From Desulfobacterales bacterium (GTDB lineage Bacteria > Desulfobacterota > Desulfobacteria > Desulfobacterales > UBA2245), in contig JAXGZF010000006.1 in assembly GCA_040771865.1 (NCBI GenBank), positions 1 to 64,000 on the forward strand: DNA of 64,000 bases, read 5' to 3'. This document shows, piece by piece, positions 1 to 8,300 of this stretch. The notes under the pieces were generated by a model. It was not told the origin of the DNA. It saw nothing but the letters and a program-made list of their open reading frames with translations, and made no database searches. The position numbers and the translations under genes are program-made. Each line of letters begins with the position of its first letter. The first letter of the stretch is position 1.

Positions 1-1034
1 TTGTTCAACCTGCCGATTTCATGAAGATGTTTTTCAATCCAAGTTAGCTCCGGATTCTCGTCACCGAGTTTTCTGTTAAGAAAGGTTTTCATTTCGGGCG
101 TCAGCCATTCGGAGCCATTATCACAGAGTCGGTTACGCATCTCCGCGAATCTGGGCGTGCTGATTGAGGGGATAACTCCGAGAGTCATAAATGCATGTGC
201 ATTGTAACAATGCGGCTGCGCACAATGATAACTAATCGGAGCGAAATGTATTGGTCGTTCTATATCTTCAAAAATATTCTGCAACAATTCTCCACGGTAG
301 CATTGTTTTAAATCACCCGTTACCAAATCGAGTACACCAGACCAAAGGCCAGCGTAACAATATTCGTGCCTTTTTTGACCAAATACCTGCATTTTGAACT
401 TAAACAAGTCTGATTGAAATTCTTTCCAGATATCTTCGTACTCTGCCTTTGTGTATTGAGTCAATATGGTCAGATCTGAGTTTCTTTCGTTGCGCGCGAT
501 TGTGACATGACAAATCGCACCAGCCCGCTTCCTACATAATGAAATAGCATCGTCAATATATGGGATCATTTCGTCGGATGGTGTTAATTCTAGCGAAATG
601 GAGCACCCCGCATTTCTTGCTTTTTGTACATTGTCAAAGAAAACATCAAACAACCCCTTCCGCTTTAACTCCAGATAATGAAAGGAGAATTTGATAAGCA
701 ACCTATTGAGACAAACAGCCGGCAACTTTGCAATTTCGTCGAATCTCTTCGTAATTGTCCCATTAGTAACAACCATGACGTAATGGTCATTTTTAAGAAT
801 TTTGTAAATAATTCCCACGACTTCCGGTGGTAGAAGCGTCTCGCCCTCTCCGCAAATGTTCATAAGACATATACCACCAAGGCGTTTAACCGACAACGCA
901 CGCCCGATACGATCAACGTCATAACTAAACTCGGGCAGTTTTTGCCCCCAGCTTTTGGTGTGGGTGATATAGCAGTAGTTGCATCGCAAGTTACAGGTCC
1001 TGAATGGAATAACGCAATCGATGAAACGTTTCAT
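1..1034 (-). CDS. Radical SAM protein (3' end runs off the window)
   Basis: Not in the ORF track. Manual translation gives MKRFIDCVIPFRTCNLRCNYCYITH... with a CxxxCxxC motif, then GEGE and VTNG motifs and a Cys-rich C-terminal part (CYAG...CY...CAQPHCYN). No stop seen before base 1. Confidence 0.88.
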   Translation of the reverse strand, partial: MKRFIDCVIPFRTCNLRCNYCYITHTKSWGQKLPEFSYDVDRIGRALSVKRLGGICLMNICGEGETLLPPEVVGIIYKILKNDHYVMVVTNGTITKRFDEIAKLPAVCLNRLLIKFSFHYLELKRKGLFDVFFDNVQKARNAGCSISLELTPSDEMIPYIDDAISLCRKRAGAICHVTIARNERNSDLTILTQYTKAEYEDIWKEFQSDLFKFKMQVFGQKRHEYCYAGLWSGVLDLVTGDLKQCYRGELLQNIFEDIERPIHFAPISYHCAQPHCYNAHAFMTLGVIPSISTPRFAEMRNRLCDNGSEWLTPEMKTFLNRKLGDENPELTWIEKHLHEIGRLN

Positions 1035-1097
1035 GGTGTATGACCGGTAGTCAGAGGATTGAATGAACAGCGAGCTGCCAAGGGATAAATCGTTTTC

Positions 1098-2526
1098 GGG
1101 AGTATTCAAAATTCTGTGTCACGGTTTTTGATTGTCAATCCACCGCCCCATCGAGCGGAAGCGGAAGACAGCTCCGAGAATGGGCCAATTAAAAAGCTCG
1201 TCGGAGGAGCTGTCTTCCGCTGGAGCGGTTTGTAAGAACAAATCTATCAAAGTTTCAAGTCCTTATCCAGTCTTCCCTCAAAAAATATCGCCAACTGAGA
1301 AATGGTCAGTGACCAGTTTTGGATCGGCATCGTCCATTTCTTGCTGGCATTCTGAATCCCCATATACAGCAGTTTCAACAGACTGTCCTGATTTGGAAAA
1401 GCGCCTTTGGTCTTGGTCAGTTTCCGAAACTGACGGTGTACCGCCTCAATGGTGTTGGTTGTATAGATAATCCTTCGAATATCTTCAGGATATTTGAAAT
1501 ACTGACTGAGTCGCTCCCAATTATTCCGCCAGGATGCGATGACAATGGGATACTTCTCATTCCACTTTCCTGCCAGAATATCGAGTTCGGATGCGGCTAA
1601 ATCTTTAGTGCCGGCCTTGTATACGCGTTTCAGGTCGGCCATGAATTCTTTCTGGTTCTTTGAGCCAACGTACTTCAGGGAATTACGGATCTGGTGGACA
1701 ACGCAGAGCTGAATCTCGGTATTCGGAAAAATGGCCTCAATGGCCTCGGGAAAACCTTTAAGGCCGTCAACACAGGCGATCAGGACATCCTTCACGCCCC
1801 GATTCGAAAGATCTGTCAGCACCTGAAGCCAGAAATTGGCCCCTTCATGCTCGGAAATATACAGACCCAGAACTTCCTTCCGCCCCTCAAGGTTGACGCC
1901 GAGGATTGTGTACACCGCCTTGCCGACAACCTTGCCGTTTTCACGGATCTTGTAATGAATGGCATCGAGCCAGACAATCGGATAAATCGATGCCAGGGGC
2001 CGAGCTTGCCATTCTTTGACCGCATGGATAATTTTATCGGTAATGACGCTCAAGGTGCCGGCAGACACCTCAAGACCGTATATCTCCTGAAGATGGGCCG
2101 AGATATCCTGGTAGCTCATACCCAGGCCATAGAGGGCAATTATTTTCTGCTCAATCTCGTCATTCAGGGTAGTCTGATGCTTCTTGACCAACTGGGGAGA
2201 AAAGGTCCCGCCACGGTCCCGGGGGGTACGCAACTCAAAATTGCCATTCAAGGATTTGATGGTCTTCCGGCTTTTCCCATTCCGGCGATTGGCGGTGATT
2301 TCCTGGCCCAGATGCGAATCCAGTTCGCCTTCAAGGGCTGCTTCGGTGAGATTTTTGATTAACGGCGTGAGAATGCCTTCCCTGCCCAGAAGCGGCTTGC
2401 CTTCCTGGATGGCCTTCAGGGCGGTTGAAAAATCAAATTCATGGCCTTCCTGATTCATGTCAGTCCTCCTTGTTTCGCTGACTATATCAGCTTTTGGTTA
2501 ACTGACACAGAATTCTGAACACCCTC
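1098..2526 (-). mobile_element. IS256-family insertion sequence
   Basis: Terminal inverted repeats GGGAGTATTCAAAATTCTGTGTCA (1098-) and revcomp GAGGGTGTTCAGAATTCTGTGTCA (-2526) match 20/24 and enclose a Mutator-type transposase. No target-site duplication visible. Confidence 0.9.
1247..2458 (-). CDS. IS256-family transposase
   Basis: Motifs RNG..., PRDR.G.F.P, WLDA, CVDGLKGF, QLCVVHQIRNS, IYTTNTIE. Confidence 0.96.
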   Translation of the reverse strand: MNQEGHEFDFSTALKAIQEGKPLLGREGILTPLIKNLTEAALEGELDSHLGQEITANRRNGKSRKTIKSLNGNFELRTPRDRGGTFSPQLVKKHQTTLNDEIEQKIIALYGLGMSYQDISAHLQEIYGLEVSAGTLSVITDKIIHAVKEWQARPLASIYPIVWLDAIHYKIRENGKVVGKAVYTILGVNLEGRKEVLGLYISEHEGANFWLQVLTDLSNRGVKDVLIACVDGLKGFPEAIEAIFPNTEIQLCVVHQIRNSLKYVGSKNQKEFMADLKRVYKAGTKDLAASELDILAGKWNEKYPIVIASWRNNWERLSQYFKYPEDIRRIIYTTNTIEAVHRQFRKLTKTKGAFPNQDSLLKLLYMGIQNASKKWTMPIQNWSLTISQLAIFFEGRLDKDLKL

Positions 2527-2607
2527 GAACTGGTCGTCATTCAGGCGGGTCAGGCGATTTCTGGCATCATAGCCGTAGGCATGAACGCCGTCCGAAAGAA
2601 TGTTGAC
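2527..2607 (-). pseudogene. Rhs core remnant truncated by IS256
   Basis: Translates [26 protein letters not shown]. This is 19/26 identical to [26 protein letters not shown] of the main Rhs (6241-6318) and ends exactly at the IS boundary. Confidence 0.85.
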
Positions 2608-2635
2608 GCCCCAAGGCACATGGCCTAGGGGCGTC
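2605..2635. terminator. GC-rich hairpin downstream of the 353-aa gene
   Basis: GACGCCCCAAGGC-acatg-GCCTAGGGGCGTC inverted repeat; no clear U-tract on the minus strand. Confidence 0.4.
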
Positions 2636-2657
2636 TTGTTAACTTTTACACGTCACC

Positions 2658-3719
2658 TTATTGTTCATAATAGCTGTAACGGTTTACCTTCCCTGCTCCA
2701 TTACCTACCAGCAGGACTTCTTCCTTGTGCGGGGGTACTTCAATATTGCAAATTCCGGATGAATACCTCAACATTTCTCGGTAAATGATTTTCTTTTCAG
2801 GTGAAAAAATAAATAGCATTGACTTGCCTGTGTAAGATGCATATTTGACAAGAACCGCTAGACAATTATAATTTTCCGCAAATGCCACTTGGCATCCCTT
2901 GATACCATATATAGCCGTCGGGCTTTCTAAAATTTCATACCGCAATAACTCTTCTCCGTTTAAATCCATCAGAATAATGCTATCAGGGCTAAATGTTAAA
3001 ATATTGATTTGATTCATCCAGATAACAAAATGAATTTCAAGGAGCTTTGTTTTCGATTGCCATTGCCTAATTATTTTTCCGTCCCGATCCCAGAATTTCA
3101 CCATAGAACCATGATTTGCAGTGACTATGTATGAACCGGCATCTGATATTAAAAATTCTACACAACTATAATAATCATCGGCTTTTTTCCAGATTACCTG
3201 GCCATTGTTATCAAGGCACACCAACTCGTTTGCAGCAAGGCAATACTCATTCCTTCCGTCCTTATCTAAATCCCCAAATGCCATACCATTGGCCGAAAGA
3301 TCTTGGCGATAGGTCCATAAAGGCTTACCGAATTTATCCAAAACCCCGTAAGTTGATCCACTGCATACCGCTATTTCAAAATCTCCTGGTTTTTTTATTG
3401 AGATTCTTGGATCCATTATGCCTTCGTGCCATTCATACTCAATCTTTGATTTAACTCTTCCATCTGAGTCTGCGATACATAAGCTCGTTGGCCATAAAAT
3501 CCCTATGTCTTCACCTGGAGAGTCGTCCAATTCTCCCTTTATAATATGAACCGCATAACCGGACTCAGACCTATCGATTAAAAACTGACTTTTTACTATC
3601 GTTTTTCCAGCGTCATATTGCTTTGGAATATCTGAAGAACTTACACCGCCAGAAGACATGAGCAGCAGCATAAAGATTAAAAACCCTATTGTATTTTTCT
3701 TGACAGTTATTCTTATCAT
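2658..3719 (-). CDS. Exported beta-propeller / FG-GAP-like protein (possible orphan immunity protein)
   Basis: N-terminal hydrophobic signal; repeats GELDDSPGED, GDLDKDGRNE, LDKFGKPLW, LDNNGQVIW, WDRDGKIIRQW; AT-rich relative to neighbours. Confidence 0.6.
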   Translation of the reverse strand: MIRITVKKNTIGFLIFMLLLMSSGGVSSSDIPKQYDAGKTIVKSQFLIDRSESGYAVHIIKGELDDSPGEDIGILWPTSLCIADSDGRVKSKIEYEWHEGIMDPRISIKKPGDFEIAVCSGSTYGVLDKFGKPLWTYRQDLSANGMAFGDLDKDGRNEYCLAANELVCLDNNGQVIWKKADDYYSCVEFLISDAGSYIVTANHGSMVKFWDRDGKIIRQWQSKTKLLEIHFVIWMNQINILTFSPDSIILMDLNGEELLRYEILESPTAIYGIKGCQVAFAENYNCLAVLVKYASYTGKSMLFIFSPEKKIIYREMLRYSSGICNIEVPPHKEEVLLVGNGAGKVNRYSYYEQ

Positions 3720-3811
3720 TTCATGGTTTTTTATTCTCCATGTGTTTTGGTTCAGCGTGAATTGGACTTTCGGGTCGTTTGTGATACACCATCACGAACG
3801 GAGGAAAGTCT

Positions 3812-4120
3812 ATGCGAAAAAAGCGTTACAATTACACCCCCGAAGAAAAGGTATTGATTCTCAAGCGTCATCTGGTCGAGCATATGGCGGTATCAGATTT
3901 ATGCGACGAATATCAGCTTCAGCCGAAGGTTTTTTATGAGTGGCAGAAGCGGTTTTTCGAGAACGGCGCTGCTGCGTTCGGCTTTGATAAGCGCAGCCGG
4001 GAACGCGCCGAAGAAGTCCGCATTCAGCAGTTGGAAGACAAGCTGCGCCGCAAGCATGAGGTGCTCTCCGAGCTGATGGAGGAGCACGTAAAGCTAAAAA
4101 AAGAACTTGGGGAGCTTTGA
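3812..4120 (+). CDS. IS3 transposase OrfA (HTH)
   Basis: RYNYTPEEK...FYEW HTH plus leucine-zipper-like tail; A7 run at 4096-4102 phased as an A_AAA_AAA -1 frameshift site. Confidence 0.92.
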   Translation: MRKKRYNYTPEEKVLILKRHLVEHMAVSDLCDEYQLQPKVFYEWQKRFFENGAAAFGFDKRSRERAEEVRIQQLEDKLRRKHEVLSELMEEHVKLKKELGEL

Positions 4121-5127
4121 CCGGCAGCTGGGTTCCCCATGAAATACGCGATGCCGTCGTTGACTTTGTCCGGCAGTGGAGCGAGAAGGCGCATATTGCG
4201 CTCAAATGTTTCATCCGCTGGCTTTCAGTGTCAAAGAGCAAGTTTTACGCCTGGGTCGGACGATACGGGAAAGCCAATGAGCACAACGCTTTGATTCCGC
4301 GGGACTTTTGGCTGGAGCCGTGGGAGCGCGAGGCGATCATCAGGTTCTGCATCGACAATCCTCTTGAAGGGTATCGTCGGTTGACTTTCATGATGCTGGA
4401 CGCCGACATCGTCGCGGTCAGTCCTGCAACCGTCTGGCGGGTGCTTTCAAAAGCAGGGCTTCTGTCCAGGTGGAGCAGGAAGAAAAGTTTGAAAGGAACG
4501 GGTTTCGTCCAGCCGCTGAGGCCGCATGAGCATTGGCACGTGGACATTTCCTATCTCAACATTCACGGAACGTTTTATTATCTGTGCAGCCTTCTGGACG
4601 GATGCAGCCGCTACATCGTTCACTGGGAGATCAGAGAGCAGATGACGGAATCAGACGTGGAAATCATTCTTCAGCGGGCCAGGGAGAAGTTCTCCGAAGC
4701 CCGGCCATCGATCATTTCGGACAACGGGCCGCAGTTTATCGCCAGGGATTTCAAAGAGTTCATCCGCATTTCCGGGATGACGCATGTGAGAACGTCGCCG
4801 TATTATCCGCAGTCCAACGGCAAGATAGAGCGGTTTCACCAGACGATCAAGAATGAATGCATTCGCCCCGGGGTTCCGCTTTCCCTTGACGACGCGAGAA
4901 GAATTGTAGGAAAGTACATCGATCATTACAACGACGTAAGGCTGCACAGCGCCATCGGCTACGTTTCTCCGGCCGACAAACTGAACGGCCGGGACCAGGA
5001 GATTTTCAAAGAGCGAGACAGAAAACTCGAAGAAGCGCGAAAACTCAGAAAACAAAACCGACGAAAAGCTTTCCCTGGATTCCATATTCCAGGGAAAGAG
5101 GATATTCCACTAACTCAAACAGCATGA
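4117..5127 (+). CDS. IS3 transposase OrfB (DDE integrase core), -1 frame to OrfA
   Basis: GYRR, WHVDISY, SDNGPQF, PQSNGKIERF, YNDVRLHSAIGY. Confidence 0.95.
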   Translation: MTGSWVPHEIRDAVVDFVRQWSEKAHIALKCFIRWLSVSKSKFYAWVGRYGKANEHNALIPRDFWLEPWEREAIIRFCIDNPLEGYRRLTFMMLDADIVAVSPATVWRVLSKAGLLSRWSRKKSLKGTGFVQPLRPHEHWHVDISYLNIHGTFYYLCSLLDGCSRYIVHWEIREQMTESDVEIILQRAREKFSEARPSIISDNGPQFIARDFKEFIRISGMTHVRTSPYYPQSNGKIERFHQTIKNECIRPGVPLSLDDARRIVGKYIDHYNDVRLHSAIGYVSPADKLNGRDQEIFKERDRKLEEARKLRKQNRRKAFPGFHIPGKEDIPLTQTA

Positions 5128-5203
5128 AAGTCCATTTCCGACTGAGGCGGAACACATGTACACAGGTGGTCCCATCGGAGCCAACAGAGCAACGCCTCTT
5201 TAT

Positions 5204-5380
5204 TTACTTTTCCTGTTTCTCCTGCCCTATATCCTGATATTCACAGATGCCTTTCTCGTAGTTCCAACGGCCGCCGTTATCTAAACATTTATCGATATCT
5301 AAACATCCCTTCATCCAAAATGCAAAAGCGATCACTAATAGCACCGCTACAGACAGGAGAAATTTTTTCTTCTTATTCAT
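5204..5380 (-). CDS. 58-aa membrane-anchored protein, candidate Rhs immunity protein
   Basis: Not in the ORF track. MNKKKKFLLSVAVLLVIAFAFWMKGCLDIDKCLDNGGRWNYEKGICEYQDIGQEKQEK*; its ATG is 2 nt after the Rhs stop. Confidence 0.8.
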   Translation of the reverse strand: MNKKKKFLLSVAVLLVIAFAFWMKGCLDIDKCLDNGGRWNYEKGICEYQDIGQEKQEK

Positions 5381-5382
5381 GA

Positions 5383-8300
5383 TTAATACCTCGGATTAAG
5401 ACTATTAGGTCGTAATGATCTACACACTTGGCTGCAAGGTGCGTTGGGATCACCATTTCTTCCTTGTTTATTAGCTTCCCTGTCTTTATCACATTCAGAT
5501 CGCGAATCTCTTTTGACATGCTCATCAAATTGCTCACGAACTTCTCCAATTAATTCTGATGCATCCCTACCGCCAACCCCCCGTCTTGATGCTTCACAAT
5601 GTCCCATGCAGTGGAAATACTTGTCTGCACCGATTGTATTGGCATCACGCATATTGCGGTAATTGCGATACAAGTCGTCAGCTCCAATAAAGAAATCGCG
5701 CCAGTAAGTATACGGGTTTACCCATTCGAACAATCCATAAGGATCTATCCGGTTAACTGAATCATTGAGGACATATGCGTAGTGGTTTATTCCTCCTGGC
5801 ATTTCTATTGGATCCGGCCTCAGGTATCTTCCGATATTCGGGTCATAATACCGATGCCAGTTGTAATGCAGTCCGCTCTCCTGATCGAAGTACTGTCCGG
5901 GAAACCTCAGGTTATATTCAAAGCTCACCCCGTCGCCGTCCGGGTCTTCATCGGGAGGCAGGGTTCCAAAGGGATCAAGGTTCCATTTCCAGACCGTGGT
6001 TCCATTGGCATTCTCGATGAGCCGGGGCGTGTTGAGATGATCGGCGTAGATGTAATGGACGCTGCCGGAAGCGACAACCGCGACGGGAATATTGCCCAGC
6101 CAGACGGTTTCACGAATCGCGTTTCCGGATGCATCGTACTCGCCGATCAACTGACCGCCTTCATCGTATGTAAAATATACGGCCGGTTCAGACAAGGATT
6201 CTTTGCATGCGCGCAAACCCTGGGCATTGATCCGGTACGTGAACTGGCCGTTGTCCAGACTGGTCAGACGGTTTCTGGCGTCGTAGCCGTAGACGTTAAC
6301 GCCGTCTGAAATGATGTTGCCCACCGCGTCGTAAGCGTAATTCTTCGCTGCCGGTCCGTCAACGGACAACAGCCGGTTGGTTCCCTCGACATAGGCGTAA
6401 GGGTAACTGACACCGGATTCAGTAAAACTCGTCCGGTTGCCGTTTTTATCATACGCAAAGCCCTGGTCCAGATTGGTTCCGTAAGCGCGGGTCAGGCTGC
6501 TTGAAGCGTCGTACTCAAAGCTGTAAGACGCCTGGGCGTCGCCGAGGCCGGAAATCCGGTTGGCCGGATCGTATTCAATGCTCCGGGTCAAACCGCCAAG
6601 GCTGTGCTGGGACATCCGGGCGTCCAGGTCGTATGCTCTCGAATAGACTCCTCCGTTTCCAAAGGTCCAGCCGCTCACCGGGCCAAAGGCAACATGCCTG
6701 ACGTCGCTGGCCAGCGGCTGGCCGTTGAGCGTCAGACCAGCGATCCGGCCGTTGACATAGGACAGATTGACAACAGCGCCGGAAGGATAGGTCATGCTTG
6801 AAAGCCGACCGAATGCGTCGTATCCGTACCCGGTGATCAAAACAAGACCGCCGGTTTCCTGACGCTTTTCCACGATTCTGCCGTGAAGGTCATAAGACCA
6901 GCGGACCATTCCGCTTGCATCCGCAATCGAACTCAGGCGGCCTAAGGCGTTTTGCCCATCGTCGTAGACGTACGTCTCGACGGTTCCGTCGGCGTAGGTT
7001 GCCCTGGTTAAACGGTTCAGCGCATCATAGGCGTATGTGGTCGCATGATTGTTGGCGTCGGTTGCCGTGTGCAGATTGCCGGCTTCGTCATACTCGTAGT
7101 ATGTAATTCCAGTATCCGGACTTGACTGCTGAATCAAATCGCCCAGTCCGTTGTACAGGAAAGTTGTGGCAAGCCCCTTGGGGTCTTCTACGCGGGTGAT
7201 GTTGTCCTGAGCGTCATACCCGTATCGGGTGACGCCCGACATCGGATCCGTGGTCTGAGCCAAGCGGTTCAAGGCGTCAAAACCGTGAACGACGGTATGG
7301 GTCAGCCCGTCGGTTGCGCTGGTCCGGTTGCCGTTGGCGTCGTAGCCGTAAACAGCGATCGTCTGGCCCTGAGCGCCAAGCGCATCGGTCATCCGGCCCA
7401 ATTCGTTGAACACCCAGTCTCGGGCGCGAACCAGAACGCCGTTCGGATCAAAGATATTCTGACCGGTGATATTGCCGACGCTGTCCAGCGCGTATGAGAT
7501 GCGATTGCCCGATGCGTCTGAAATCCCGGTAAGCCTGTGGGCGTCATCGTATTGATAGTCCAGAAAAGACCCATCCGGCATGGTGATTCGCGTCAGGTTC
7601 CCCGCGCCGTCATAAACAAAGCCGGTGGTTTCTCCGCCGATGTTCCGGGAAATCAGGCGGCCTATCTCATCGTAGGTCAGATCGCTGACCAGACCGTTGG
7701 GATCCACGATTTGAAGCGGACGGCCGTGATCGTCGTAAACCGGCATTTCAGAAACATGGCCCAGGGCGTTTTCCACGGAAATCAGGTTTCCTGAATTGTC
7801 GTCATATTCATAAGTCGTAATGTCCGCAACGTCGGTCCGCGGCCCGTCCGCCGAGATGCGCAAGCCCAGATCGTTGTAAGCGTAGGTCCATGTGCGCGAT
7901 TTGCCGTTCGCCGCGTCGGTTACAGAGTGCTGCGTCAAAAGTCCTCTATCGTCGTATGTAAAGCTTGTTGTCCTGCCGGGCTCTGTAATCAACACCGGCA
8001 ACCTGAAATCCGGATGCCATTCAGTGGCGATGGTGCGCTCTTCCGGGGCGTCCACCGCCTCGGTGCGAGAGGTCTGAAGCCCGCGGTCGTTGTACTCGAA
8101 AACGCTCTTGTTTCCGCTAAAGTCCGTGCGGCTGATCAAAAATCCCCGATCATCATAAGCCGATTCGCTGAACTGACTGCCGCAGTTCGAACATCCGGCC
8201 ACATCCATCGAGGTGGTCTTGGCAACCCCCTGAACCACCGTATAGGCGAAATTTTTTTCGGATCCCAGGGAATCCAAAATCGTGCTGAGGCCCTTGTATT

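Larger units (their letters stand above)
3743..5154 (+). mobile_element. IS3-family insertion sequence
   Basis: TG...CA ends. IRs TGTTTTGGTTCAGCGTGAATTGGACTTTC and revcomp TGTTCCGCCTCAGTCGGAAATGGACTTTC match 21/29. 4-bp target duplication CATG at 3739-3742 and 5155-5158. Confidence 0.93.

Noticed and set aside
2527..6318. Repeat pair 2527-2604 / 6241-6318 as a DGR template/variable repeat
   Set aside because: Differences are not adenine-specific (many C/T third-position changes) and no reverse transcriptase is in the window; it fits an Rhs remnant.
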